From Chitinophagales bacterium (lineage in GTDB: Bacteria > Bacteroidota > Bacteroidia > Chitinophagales > JADIYW01): 64,000 nt of DNA. The DNA lies in the NCBI GenBank assembly GCA_017984135.1, contig JAGNZZ010000001.1, forward strand, positions 119,801-183,800, written 5' to 3'. The translations under genes and the position numbers were made by a program. The notes under the pieces are model-generated. The model had not been told where the DNA came from. It searched no databases and saw only the letters and a program-made list of their open reading frames with translations. Within the stretch, counting starts at the first letter, position 1. Each line of letters starts with the position of its first letter. Below are positions 18,997-28,919 of the stretch, piece by piece.

Positions 18997-19713
18997 ATGC
19001 TGAAATTAGCTGTAAAATATTCCGAAAGTAAAAATGTATTACTTACTATCATTGTTTCAATGTTGGTGTTGTTTGCATTTATTCTTTTCACATTGTTTTC
19101 GCTCGATAAATTGAAATTAAATAATGAAAACGAAACAATTATCTTATTTAGTGCTATTATTTTTGGAAGTTTATTGGTGATTGTATCTATTTTAATGATG
19201 ATAAAAACCAAAGGCGATATTACGCATACCACCAATGGCATTGAAATCAATCTTGAAAAAACTACTTTTTTATATAAACAAAAAAATCAATTTATTGAAT
19301 TCGTAAACATCTCGAATATTTATTTAGATGAAGATAGTTATCATCGTAAAGTGATTTCTATAAAAACAAAACAACCATCTAAAACCATTTTAATAGAACC
19401 TAGAACATTAGACGATAATGCTAGATTTGAAACATATTGGAATGAACTTAATTCAAGTATCAGTACTTACAATACAAAGTCTATTATTACACATGAGATA
19501 ATTGAACGTAAAAGTATGTACTCTCAATGGTGGGCAAAAGCATTAGCCATTATTTCAGCAATTGTAGCTATAGGAATGATAATTCTTAAAATAATAAACA
19601 ATGAATCTGTTCCTACTTGGAGATTATTGTTTTATTTAGCGTATGTATTTCCATTTTGTTTTTTAGTATATTCAGCCATTAAAAAATCATCCAAACAAAA
19701 TAATGAAAGGTAA
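18997..19713 (+). CDS. Hypothetical membrane protein (TM helices at both ends)
   Basis: Hydrophobic segments at aa ~15-75 and ~175-230. No family recognised. Confidence 0.45.
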   Translation: MLKLAVKYSESKNVLLTIIVSMLVLFAFILFTLFSLDKLKLNNENETIILFSAIIFGSLLVIVSILMMIKTKGDITHTTNGIEINLEKTTFLYKQKNQFIEFVNISNIYLDEDSYHRKVISIKTKQPSKTILIEPRTLDDNARFETYWNELNSSISTYNTKSIITHEIIERKSMYSQWWAKALAIISAIVAIGMIILKIINNESVPTWRLLFYLAYVFPFCFLVYSAIKKSSKQNNER

Positions 19714-20569
19714 AGTAGTCGTAATTACTGGAAGTAATTCTGGAATAGGAAGAATCACAGCCACAGAGATTGCAAAAATGGGCGCACAAGTAGTGATGGT
19801 TTGTCGAAATGAACAAAAAGCAAAAGCTGTACAAGAAGATATCAATGCCTTAACTGGGTTGGGAAATTGTGATTTATTTATTTGTGATATTAGCTCACAT
19901 GCATCTATTAAAAATTTTGCAAAAGAAATTAGAATGCGGTACAATCATATTGATGTATTAATAAATAATGCTGGAGTTATAGTAGGTGAGCGCGAAATAA
20001 GTAAAGATGGTTTTGAGATGATGTTTGCTACGAATCATATAAGTTATTTTTTAGTAACACATTATCTATTAGATTTATTGAAAGCATCTGAAAATGCTCG
20101 TATTGTAAATGTGGCTTCGTTGGCACATCGTTTCACCAATATGAATTGGAATAATTTACAAGCAGAGAAAAATTTTAATTCATGGATTCAGTATGGCCAT
20201 ACCAAATTGATGAATATTTTATTCAACAAAGAGCTCGCTTACCAACTGAAAAAAAATACCAGTATCACATCTAATTGTTTGCATCCCGGAAATATCAATT
20301 CTAATTTTGGAAATAGTGGCAGTAAGTTAATGCAGTTTTTAATGAAAAACTTTGGCTTTGTTTTAACTACACCCGAAAAAGGTGCAGAAACCTCTATTTA
20401 TCTAGCTGTTTCTCCATTGGTGAAAGATAAAACAGGCATGTATTGGTATCGAAAAAACCCAACGATTCCATCTTTGGAAGCAATTAGTTCTGAGAATGCT
20501 AGAAATCTTTGGCAAATTACTATGCAACTAACTGGAATCAAAGAATTTGGCGTAGTTGATTTTGATTAA
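19703..20569 (+). CDS. Short-chain dehydrogenase/reductase (SDR) family oxidoreductase
   Basis: TGSNSGIG cofactor motif, NNAG, and a YGHTK active-site context (YxxxK). Confidence 0.85.
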   Translation: MKGKVVVITGSNSGIGRITATEIAKMGAQVVMVCRNEQKAKAVQEDINALTGLGNCDLFICDISSHASIKNFAKEIRMRYNHIDVLINNAGVIVGEREISKDGFEMMFATNHISYFLVTHYLLDLLKASENARIVNVASLAHRFTNMNWNNLQAEKNFNSWIQYGHTKLMNILFNKELAYQLKKNTSITSNCLHPGNINSNFGNSGSKLMQFLMKNFGFVLTTPEKGAETSIYLAVSPLVKDKTGMYWYRKNPTIPSLEAISSENARNLWQITMQLTGIKEFGVVDFD

Positions 20570-20597
20570 TTTCTTGAAATGTTAGAAATAAATTATA

Positions 20598-21326
20598 ATG
20601 AAGGTTTTTAATTTCTTTATAGATAATTTTCCTTCATTTAAGCAATTACTTTTATTGTTTCCCATTTCCATTTTATGGAGTTTGTTTAGCCTTTATTTAG
20701 CTGGAATTTGTAAGCAAAAGTGGAAATGGAAAACAGGTTATACTCGAAAATTATTTCACTTTCTCATTTTTATAAGTGCCTACTTTTATCAAAGGTATGC
20801 CGGAATTTCAGCTGTCTTTATTTTAGGTTGGTCTGTAACAATTGTGTTGATATATGCATGGATTCAAAACGCTAGTAATTTATTTTATGAAGCCATTGCA
20901 AGAGAGAAAGATGCACCTTATCGTACTAAATACATTGTTTTTTCCTATTTAGCTACATTTTTAGGTGGCGTTTTATCTAATGTTTTCTATGGTAGCTATG
21001 CCATTGTTGGTTATGTTGTAACCGGAATTGCCGATGCCATTGCAGAGCCAATTGGCACACGATATGGCAAGCACCAATATGCTGTTTTTAGTTTTGATGT
21101 CAAGAAAAAATCATATCGAAGTATAGAAGGTAGTATGGCTGTTTTTATTTCTTCTTTTATAATTATGATTGTATTTCAAGGTATTTCAGATTTTAATGTT
21201 CAATGTGCTTTACTTGCCTTTGGTATAGCAATGCTTTGCACACTTACCGAAGCATTTTCGCCAGGTGGATTTGATAACTTTATATTACAAATAGTTGCTG
21301 CTGGACTGGCTTTTTATTTTTTTTAG
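20598..21326 (+). CDS. Polytopic membrane protein, CTP-dependent polyprenol/diacylglycerol kinase-like (dolichol/phytol kinase family)
   Basis: GIADAIAEPIGTRYGKH...EGS motif resembles the cytidylyltransferase-family kinases. About 7 TM segments. Confidence 0.5.
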   Translation: MKVFNFFIDNFPSFKQLLLLFPISILWSLFSLYLAGICKQKWKWKTGYTRKLFHFLIFISAYFYQRYAGISAVFILGWSVTIVLIYAWIQNASNLFYEAIAREKDAPYRTKYIVFSYLATFLGGVLSNVFYGSYAIVGYVVTGIADAIAEPIGTRYGKHQYAVFSFDVKKKSYRSIEGSMAVFISSFIIMIVFQGISDFNVQCALLAFGIAMLCTLTEAFSPGGFDNFILQIVAAGLAFYFF

Positions 21327-22937
21327 TTAACGAATTCGTTTCGGTAAATTCTTTTTAAAAGCTTCAATATCAACTTGTACTTCGACTTCTTCATTCCAAA
21401 ATGGAATAAATTTTTCAATTTCTATTTTACGTTTTTGACGTACTAAATTTTCATAAGAATTTTTAGATAATAATTGTTCCAACCATAATGCATATTCAAA
21501 TTCACCGGTTTGTATTTCGTGCTCTCTTGCTTTTAGTAAAAGTTGCGTTTCTTTCACTAATTCGGTAATTTTTTTATCACTTTTTTTATGTTGTTGTATT
21601 TTTTTGAAAAATTCTAAAATTATTATTTCAATTGGTGTTGGATTATTCTTGCGAACCATATTGATTTCTTTCTCTAAAAAGGAAAATAGGTATTGTACAG
21701 ATTCAATGTTTTTCTCATACAAATGCGCAAACATTTGTAAAATGATATAGTTTATTTTATTGTATGAATCAATTTGATTCCAATATTCTTGAATTTTATT
21801 GATACAATAAAAAAAAGTATTAAAATTGATAGCACCCAAAGAAATTTCAGCACAATTTCCATAAAAAATCCATTTACTGCGCTGGTCTATTTCATCCGTT
21901 GCTTCTATCCATTGTATGATTTCTTTTACGATATTTTTTCCTTCATCAAAACGACCGGAAACGTTATAGAAATAAGATTGTAGCGACGCTAAACTCCATT
22001 CTACTTTGTATTTTATTTCGGAGTCGTTTTGAATAATTTGTAAATAAGATTTTTGAATACAGATCCATTTTTTTGCCGCATCAAAATTCAATAAATTTAT
22101 TTCACTTAAACATAAATTATGAATAGCAGAAGGCAATTGATATGGATGACTTGCATTAATTGCCGGATTTTGTGTATGCAATAAAATCAACTCTCTACAG
22201 TAATAATTCTGCATTTTTTTTTCATCGATGTGATTGTAGTAAAATATTAAACTTTCAATAGCATACATCTTTGCAATACTACAATTTGCTTGCTGTAATA
22301 ACTGTTCAATTTCATTTTTTATGTTGTTGTAAAATTGTTTATCTTCTTTAGTTTTGATATAACCAATTCTATTTTTAGATTCCATTAATTGTAACACTTT
22401 ATGACGTGCCGTTTGAGTATCTATGAAATTTTTAATTCCAGATTTTTTTTCAACCCAAAATTCGTCCAAACGTGCTTCGTTAAAACCTTGCAGACGAGTT
22501 GAAACTATAATTTTATTTTGATAGGTGATTAGCAATAAAACAAACTCAAATCGTTCATACTCATAAGCCATTTTTTTTGCTTTGGTTAATTCTTTAATTG
22601 CTTGATCAAATAAAGCTTTCTGTATTAATATTTCAATATTTTGGAGTTTATCTAATAGTATGTTATCAATAGAATGTTGCGTTCTGTATTCTTTTAATAC
22701 TTTTAAAATTTGCTGATATAAATAATATTTAGTTTCAGCATAATGTTTTTCTAAATACGCATCTTTAATTTGATACTTAATTTTTTTTTCGTCATATATT
22801 TCTGTTCGTTCTAATACATCAAACAACTTGATGTATTTTTTGTCTTTTACTTGATCAGAAAATGCTAGTTTGAAATATCTTTTTTCAGATTTATCTAAAG
22901 ACTGAATTAATTCGAAAAGATGATCTTTTTTTGACAT
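21327..22937 (-). CDS. Hypothetical all-helical protein (536 aa, TPR-like appearance)
   Basis: Long uninterrupted ORF with coding-like composition. No family recognised with confidence. Confidence 0.5.
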   Translation of the reverse strand: MSKKDHLFELIQSLDKSEKRYFKLAFSDQVKDKKYIKLFDVLERTEIYDEKKIKYQIKDAYLEKHYAETKYYLYQQILKVLKEYRTQHSIDNILLDKLQNIEILIQKALFDQAIKELTKAKKMAYEYERFEFVLLLITYQNKIIVSTRLQGFNEARLDEFWVEKKSGIKNFIDTQTARHKVLQLMESKNRIGYIKTKEDKQFYNNIKNEIEQLLQQANCSIAKMYAIESLIFYYNHIDEKKMQNYYCRELILLHTQNPAINASHPYQLPSAIHNLCLSEINLLNFDAAKKWICIQKSYLQIIQNDSEIKYKVEWSLASLQSYFYNVSGRFDEGKNIVKEIIQWIEATDEIDQRSKWIFYGNCAEISLGAINFNTFFYCINKIQEYWNQIDSYNKINYIILQMFAHLYEKNIESVQYLFSFLEKEINMVRKNNPTPIEIIILEFFKKIQQHKKSDKKITELVKETQLLLKAREHEIQTGEFEYALWLEQLLSKNSYENLVRQKRKIEIEKFIPFWNEEVEVQVDIEAFKKNLPKRIR

Positions 22938-22977
22938 AAATTAGTAATAAGTACAGCCTAAGTTAAGTATTATAACT

Positions 22978-22985
22978 TATTTTTG
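22978..22985 (+). promoter_or_regulatory. Bacteroidota -7 box (TATTTTTG) for the 23001 ORF
   Basis: Perfect TAnnTTTG 15 nt upstream of the GTG start at 23001. Confidence 0.4.
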
Positions 22986-23000
22986 TAAAAATAAACGAAC

Positions 23001-23354
23001 GTGCGTCATCGAGTTACAATTTTTATTGTTGTTTTAATGGGTTGTATTTTTGCATACCTCTATTCTATGAATAAGCTAATTATATTTAACCATTCAGAAA
23101 AAATAATTCAAAAAATAACGATTCAATCTAAACATAAAAATCTTATATTGAACGATGTAAAACCAAATACCATTGCGCGTGTGTCAATTTTTGCACCATT
23201 TAATAAAAGTGTTAAAGTGAAAGTGGAACAAATTGAAACAGTTCAATCCATTCAGTTTAAATTAGAAGGATTTATTTTTGGTGAACGACTTAACCAAATT
23301 GAGATTGATAAAAATGGTGCATTGCAGCATGGTGCATTAGGCTTGGAAAAATAG
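23001..23354 (+). CDS. Hypothetical small membrane-anchored/secreted protein
   Basis: N-terminal hydrophobic helix. A perfect -7 box upstream supports expression. Confidence 0.45.
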   Translation: MRHRVTIFIVVLMGCIFAYLYSMNKLIIFNHSEKIIQKITIQSKHKNLILNDVKPNTIARVSIFAPFNKSVKVKVEQIETVQSIQFKLEGFIFGERLNQIEIDKNGALQHGALGLEK

Positions 23355-24098
23355 TATAGATTTTACTAAAAACAACACTCCAATTATAAGTAATAAGTAG
23401 TGTACATAACGATTGAATTTATGTTCTTCAATTTGATTTCTAATTCGTGAACTTATAGCTAATGCCAATAAAACAAAAGGTAAACTGATTGCATAATAAT
23501 ACAATATCGTTTTATTTAAAATACCCGAAATATGCTGACCTACTAAAATGTATATATCATTCGGCATAAAATAACCTTGTAAGTTACTGATAAATTGTAT
23601 CGGCGACCAATTGCTTAACGTGCCAAAAATAACAATAGATGGACCACCGGAATTAAATGCACCACCTAATACACCGGCGAAAAAACCAAAAAAATACACG
23701 GAATAAGATGGTATTTTTTGAGCGTGAATTTCATTTTTAATAAATAAATTATATACAGAAACAGAAATAATTACCACACCTAAAACTATTTTTATAAGTT
23801 CTTCATTTCCATTTTTTAAGAAGTAAATTCCTGCTGGAACACCAATAAATGAGGCAATTAGAAGCTTTCTTGTAATTTTCCAGTCTATGTTTTTATAATG
23901 CTTAAAAAACATCAACGCAGATAAAGTTAAACCATTAATTGTCATTAATGGAGCAGCCATCTTTACCCCAATAATCATCGAAAGTAATGGCATGGCAAAC
24001 AAGGCATCACCAAAACCAAAAGTGCCATAGATTATTGAACCTATAAAAAGGATGAATGGTATAATAATTTCGATAGGAACTTGATTAAAATAATCCAT
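23337..24098 (-). CDS. TauE/SafE-family anion exporter-like membrane protein
   Basis: ~250 aa, 7-8 TM helices, with Gly-rich helix motifs typical of TauE/SafE (DUF81). Confidence 0.75.
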   Translation of the reverse strand: MDYFNQVPIEIIIPFILFIGSIIYGTFGFGDALFAMPLLSMIIGVKMAAPLMTINGLTLSALMFFKHYKNIDWKITRKLLIASFIGVPAGIYFLKNGNEELIKIVLGVVIISVSVYNLFIKNEIHAQKIPSYSVYFFGFFAGVLGGAFNSGGPSIVIFGTLSNWSPIQFISNLQGYFMPNDIYILVGQHISGILNKTILYYYAISLPFVLLALAISSRIRNQIEEHKFNRYVHYLLLIIGVLFLVKSILFFQA

Positions 24099-24561
24099 TT
24101 TTATTTTTTACTTCATTTTCATAGACTTCGTCGATGGCTAACTCAAAACTATCGGCTGCTTCTGTGGCTAAAATATCACATCTGTTATTTTCTTTATTGG
24201 TAGAATGTCCTTTTATCCAAATAAATGTGATATTTTGATATTCATACAATTTTAAAAATCGTTTCCATAAATCACGATTCTTTTTCTTAGCAAAATCTTC
24301 TTTCATATTCCATTGAAAAACCCAACCTTTCTCCACGGATTCCACTACATATTTTGAATCGGAATAAATGGAAATTTCTAAATCTTGTTTTTTTAAGGCT
24401 TCTAAGCCGGCAATTACGGCTAATAATTCCATGCGATTATTGGTGGTATGTCGAAATCCTTTTGACAGTTCTTTTCGATGTCCTTGTGCCAATAATACTA
24501 CACCATATCCGCCAGGTCCGGGATTGCCTCTTGAAGAACCATCTGTATAGATTTCAACCAT
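24085..24561 (-). CDS. rnhA: Ribonuclease HI
   Basis: IYTDGSSRGNPGPGGYG...NNRMEL...SDSKY...W.KGH...N..D motifs. Confidence 0.9.
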   Translation of the reverse strand: MVEIYTDGSSRGNPGPGGYGVVLLAQGHRKELSKGFRHTTNNRMELLAVIAGLEALKKQDLEISIYSDSKYVVESVEKGWVFQWNMKEDFAKKKNRDLWKRFLKLYEYQNITFIWIKGHSTNKENNRCDILATEAADSFELAIDEVYENEVKNKNGLF

Positions 24562-24612
24562 GTGTGGAATTGTTTTGAGCGAAGATAAGTGTATTCCATT
24601 TATTTTCGTGTA

Positions 24613-25248
24613 GTGACTAAGAAAGAAAAAATTTCATTTATTTTAAAAACATTGGATAACCTATATCCCAATCCACCAATTCCATTGGATCATACAGATG
24701 AATATACCTTATTAATTGCCGTGTTGCTTTCTGCGCAATGTACGGATGTACGTGTGAACCAAGTGACGCCTGCATTGTTCAAGTTGGCGAATAATCCTAA
24801 AATGATGTCTGAAATTTCTGTAGAATCCATTAAAGAAATTATTCGGCCATGTGGGTTATCACCAAGAAAATCGCAAGCAATTTCAGAACTATCACAAATT
24901 TTAATAGATAAACATCAAGGAAAAGTTCCAAATACCTTTGAAGATTTAGAAGCATTACCAGGTGTTGGTCATAAAACTGCCAGTGTAGTGATGAGCCAAG
25001 CCTTTGGTGTGCCTGCATTTCCAGTAGATACACATATTCATCGTTTAGCGTATCGATGGAAGTTGAGCAATGGAAAAAGCGTGGAACAAACAGAAAAAGA
25101 TTTAAAAAAACTTTTTTCGGAAGATTTATGGAACAAATTACACCTGCAAATTATATACTATGGACGTGAATATTGCACGGCAAGAGCACACGATATTGAT
25201 AAATGTATAATATGTGCAAAAATTGAAAAAAAAGCTGTTAGAAAATAA
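24613..25248 (+). CDS. nth: Endonuclease III (DNA-(apurinic/apyrimidinic site) lyase)
   Basis: HhH-GPD motifs (LLSAQCTD, LPGVGHKTASVV, VDTHI). The start is ambiguous with no in-frame ATG nearby: GTG 24613 gives (M)TKKEK..., and the track uses GTG 24589. Confidence 0.88.
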   Translation: MTKKEKISFILKTLDNLYPNPPIPLDHTDEYTLLIAVLLSAQCTDVRVNQVTPALFKLANNPKMMSEISVESIKEIIRPCGLSPRKSQAISELSQILIDKHQGKVPNTFEDLEALPGVGHKTASVVMSQAFGVPAFPVDTHIHRLAYRWKLSNGKSVEQTEKDLKKLFSEDLWNKLHLQIIYYGREYCTARAHDIDKCIICAKIEKKAVRK

Positions 25249-25291
25249 ATATAATTACTACCTTTAACCTTTAATAACTAAAACTAACCCG

Positions 25292-26290
25292 ATGAAAAAA
25301 ATCATCTCAAGCACACTACTTTTAATTGCATTGACTTGTATCCCGTTTTTGTCTAATGCCGCAGATGAAGGAGATGGTCACGACATTGGTTTTGCATTAG
25401 GGCCAAATTTTGCATTAACCGATTTAGGTGGTGCTAAGAAAATTGGATCTCCGTTTATTCGAGATGTTGATTTTAAAGCTACTCGATTTAGCATATCTGC
25501 ATTTTATAGATACAATGTAAATAAGTTTTTTGCAGTAAGAGCCAACTTAATGTATGGTATGTTATCTGCGGATGATAAAAATACAGATGGTGTTCCTCCT
25601 GGACCAAATGGCCCAACAGATAGTTGGTATCGTGCGCGTAGAAATTTAAATTTTACAACTCATTTTTTTGAATTCCAAGCCATAGGAGAAGTAAATTTGA
25701 AAAAATATATTCGCAACCAAGCAAAAGGTTCAAAAGAAAGATGGGCACCTTATGTAGGTGCTGGTGTTGGATTCTTCTATTTTAATCCATATACAAAATA
25801 CAATGGTACAAAAGTAAAACTAAAACCATTAGGCACAGAAGGTCAAACCGTTGGGGTAAAAAAAGGGTATAGTAATTTTCAATTTGATTTAATGGCATTA
25901 GTTGGTATTAAATATAATGTTTCTAAAAAATTCTCTATTGCTTTAGAAGGTATTTATCACCAAACATTTACCGATTATTTGGATGATGTAAGTGGAAACT
26001 ATGTAAATCCTGACTTATTGGCTAGTATGTCACCTTTAGGACAAGAATTACAAAACAGAGCCAATACCGGAAATTATCCAGATAATACATTCAACTTTGT
26101 AGAAGGTCAGAAAAAAACAAATGGTGCATTAAATGTTGGAGGAACAGGAAATCAACGTGGTGATAAAAAAGACAATGACCAATTTTTTCAGGTTCAATTG
26201 ACATTTACATTTATGATTCCAACAATGACATTAGGCGATGCTGGTCGCAAAAATCCATATAATCATAAGTTTTCTTGTCCAAGATGGTAA
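25292..26290 (+). CDS. Outer-membrane beta-barrel protein (porin-like; possibly DUF6089 family)
   Basis: Signal peptide and alternating beta-strand pattern. Confidence 0.55.
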   Translation: MKKIISSTLLLIALTCIPFLSNAADEGDGHDIGFALGPNFALTDLGGAKKIGSPFIRDVDFKATRFSISAFYRYNVNKFFAVRANLMYGMLSADDKNTDGVPPGPNGPTDSWYRARRNLNFTTHFFEFQAIGEVNLKKYIRNQAKGSKERWAPYVGAGVGFFYFNPYTKYNGTKVKLKPLGTEGQTVGVKKGYSNFQFDLMALVGIKYNVSKKFSIALEGIYHQTFTDYLDDVSGNYVNPDLLASMSPLGQELQNRANTGNYPDNTFNFVEGQKKTNGALNVGGTGNQRGDKKDNDQFFQVQLTFTFMIPTMTLGDAGRKNPYNHKFSCPRW

Positions 26291-26316
26291 GCATTTAATT
26301 GACTAAATAAATAAAT

Positions 26317-26344
26317 AAAATCCCAAGTTAATTGGGATTTTTTT
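26317..26344. terminator. Bidirectional Rho-independent terminator between convergent genes
   Basis: Stem aaaatcccaa / ttgggatttt, A-run upstream and T-run downstream. Confidence 0.65.
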
Positions 26345-26355
26345 ATGTCTATTAA

Positions 26356-27300
26356 CTAGCAAATAAAATTAATCTTTTTAGATAGATTGAGTAAGGTCAT
26401 AGGAGCGTAGCCAATAAATTCACCATCCATATCAATTGAAATATCACGTGTTTCTAAGGATTCAATGCTCACTTTATCCAAACTGAAATAATGTACTTCA
26501 GGATGTTCAATTTTTTCTCCTTTTTTTACTTTGCTTAGGTTTTTGAAATAATCCATTAAGTTCACATCTCCAATTATTACAATTTCAAATTTTCCATCCG
26601 TAATGCTGGCATCGGGTGCTACACACAATCCATTTCCAAAATATTTTCCATTGGCGACCACAAAGTTGATGGCTTTTCCTTCCCACGTAAAATCATCGCT
26701 GAATGCTTTAATTTTTACTTTTTCATAAGTTGCCAATGTGGATGTTATTGCCCAGAAATAATTTATGTCTGGGCCAACTAAAGGAATTTTATTTTGTAGT
26801 TTTAGTACAGTTTCTCCACCCATACCAACATCTGTAATATTGATAAAAAAACGATGAGCGGCTTCTTGTTTATTTTTAAAGTAAGAAACCCAACCAATAT
26901 CGATTAGTTGAGATTTATCTTGGCTTATTAATATCTTTAAATCAGTTATTTCTTTTGATATTTTTACCGTTTTAGCAAAATCATTTCCACTTCCTGATGG
27001 AAAAACACCCACTTTTATTTTTACAATTTTTTCCCAGTCATAAGCATCTGGTGTGTTTCCTAATCCAATTTTATGTGCTTCAATAATTCCATTAATGGCT
27101 TCGTTTAAAGTACCATCACCACCACAAATAATTAATGTATCATAATTTCGTGAAATTGCATTTTTTGCCAGCTCCATTATGTGGCCAACGTATTCAGAAA
27201 TAAAAAATTTTGGTTCAAATTCTTTGAAATGAACGTCTATGTTTTTCTGTAATTTATGTAAACCTCGAGCTGAACCATTTAATAGAAATGCAAGTTTCAT
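26356..27300 (-). CDS. Diacylglycerol-kinase-family lipid kinase (YegS/BmrU type)
   Basis: DAGK catalytic-domain motifs (LIICGGDGTLNEAINGI, GSGNDF). Confidence 0.8.
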   Translation of the reverse strand: MKLAFLLNGSARGLHKLQKNIDVHFKEFEPKFFISEYVGHIMELAKNAISRNYDTLIICGGDGTLNEAINGIIEAHKIGLGNTPDAYDWEKIVKIKVGVFPSGSGNDFAKTVKISKEITDLKILISQDKSQLIDIGWVSYFKNKQEAAHRFFINITDVGMGGETVLKLQNKIPLVGPDINYFWAITSTLATYEKVKIKAFSDDFTWEGKAINFVVANGKYFGNGLCVAPDASITDGKFEIVIIGDVNLMDYFKNLSKVKKGEKIEHPEVHYFSLDKVSIESLETRDISIDMDGEFIGYAPMTLLNLSKKINFIC

Positions 27301-27364
27301 AAGTATAGTTTTGAATTAGTTGGTTTTTTTAAGAGAATGAATTTAATGAAAATAATTTAATTTT

Positions 27365-28915
27365 TTATTTCCAGGTATGCATAGACGACCATGATGAATA
27401 ATATGCATTTTTTTCTTCATCTTTTTGGTGTTCAGACCAGTTTAATTCTATTGCAAGTAACTTGCATATTTCATCAATAAATTGATAATCATATTGTTTC
27501 ATTTGATAAGTAATCAGTGTTCTTCTGGTTAATATATCATCTAATTTTTGAGCATGTTGATGTTGAATGAAAAAGAGTATTTCAGCCATACAATATGGAT
27601 ATTTTTCAAAGTTATGGGTAATATTTTCATTGTCTCTAGCAATATTTGCAATTAACGTAGCATTTTTAATTCCATAACGATGTTTAAATCGGTCAATTAA
27701 TGTATTAATTTTAATTTCATTATTTCCATTTGCTGCTATAATATGTTTTTCTTCAATAGTTTCAACAGCCTTTTCTGCCATAGATAAAAATGAGGTTAGT
27801 TTTCCACCTGAAATGGTAAGCATGTTATCATTGTTCCACCATAATTGATAATCACGCGAACGATCCTTACTTTTTTTATTTTCAGCATCATTCAGTAAAG
27901 GTCTAATGCCGGCAAATACACTTAGAATATCTTGATGAGTAAGTTGCTTTTCTTTTAGTTGAGCATTGACACTATTTAATATATAATTGACTTCATTTTC
28001 TAAAACAGGAATTTCTTCGTTGCTTTCGGTGTAATCAGTATCGGTAGTGCCAACAATATTTAAATTATCATCCCATGGCATACACCAAAGCATTCGGCCA
28101 TCTCCATTGGAAGTAGGCAATAGCAACACACAATCCTTAGGAAAATGTTCCGCCGACATAATTAAATGTATTCCTTTGCTTGGTTGCATGAATTTTTTAT
28201 TCTCATTCGGATTAAAAGTATGCATTAAATCATCCGTCCAGATGCCGGTCGCAGAAATAAAAACTTTCGATTTTATTTGTTGAGTAAAGTTTGAAATCTT
28301 GTCTTTACAAATGATGCTACTAATACTATTTTCATTTTTTTTAAATTCGATTAATTCAAAATAGTTAATAGCCACAGCACCTAAATCTGTTGCTTCTTGT
28401 ATTACTTCATTCGTTAAACGGGCATCATTTGTTTTTGCATCATAATAAACGAAACCACCTAACATGGAATCTGTTTTCAGTTGAGGAAATTTTTCTTTTA
28501 TTTCTTCTAATTCAATTTCTGAATGTTTAGGCATGCTACTTTCGCCGGTTAAGTAATCATAACCGGAAAGTCCAATGCCTAATTTAATTTTACTTAATCT
28601 TGATTTATAAATAGGCATAAAGAAAGGCTGAGGCTTCACTAAGTGAGGATATTCTTTTAGTAAATGCTCTCTCTCGTGCAAGGCTTCTTTTACTAATTTT
28701 ATTTGTAAATGTTGCAAATATCGTAAGCCACCATGTATCATTTTTGCAGAACGCGAACTCGTGCCAAATGAAAAATCATGCTTGTCTATTATTAGCGTTT
28801 TCCACCCTTTTTTTGCAGCTGTTAATGCGATTCCGGCACCCGTAATTCCACCACCAATAACGACAACATCGAATAATTCTGAAGTAGCTCGTTGTATGTT
28901 ATAGGCTCTTTTCAT
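27365..28915 (-). CDS. glpD: FAD-dependent glycerol-3-phosphate dehydrogenase/oxidase
   Basis: N-terminal DVVVIGGGITGAGIA dinucleotide fold, SSRSAKMIHGGLRYL motif, ~516 aa. Confidence 0.85.
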   Translation of the reverse strand: MKRAYNIQRATSELFDVVVIGGGITGAGIALTAAKKGWKTLIIDKHDFSFGTSSRSAKMIHGGLRYLQHLQIKLVKEALHEREHLLKEYPHLVKPQPFFMPIYKSRLSKIKLGIGLSGYDYLTGESSMPKHSEIELEEIKEKFPQLKTDSMLGGFVYYDAKTNDARLTNEVIQEATDLGAVAINYFELIEFKKNENSISSIICKDKISNFTQQIKSKVFISATGIWTDDLMHTFNPNENKKFMQPSKGIHLIMSAEHFPKDCVLLLPTSNGDGRMLWCMPWDDNLNIVGTTDTDYTESNEEIPVLENEVNYILNSVNAQLKEKQLTHQDILSVFAGIRPLLNDAENKKSKDRSRDYQLWWNNDNMLTISGGKLTSFLSMAEKAVETIEEKHIIAANGNNEIKINTLIDRFKHRYGIKNATLIANIARDNENITHNFEKYPYCMAEILFFIQHQHAQKLDDILTRRTLITYQMKQYDYQFIDEICKLLAIELNWSEHQKDEEKNAYYSSWSSMHTWK

Positions 28916-28919
28916 TTTA

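Noticed and set aside
25170-25248. The Nth C-terminus shows only three cysteines (C-x10-C-x2-C) instead of the C-x6-C-x2-C-x5-C [4Fe-4S] ligand pattern I remember from E. coli endonuclease III.
   Set aside because: Without an alignment to the appropriate Bacteroidota subfamily I cannot tell whether this is normal for the clade. It is recorded here but not claimed as an anomaly.
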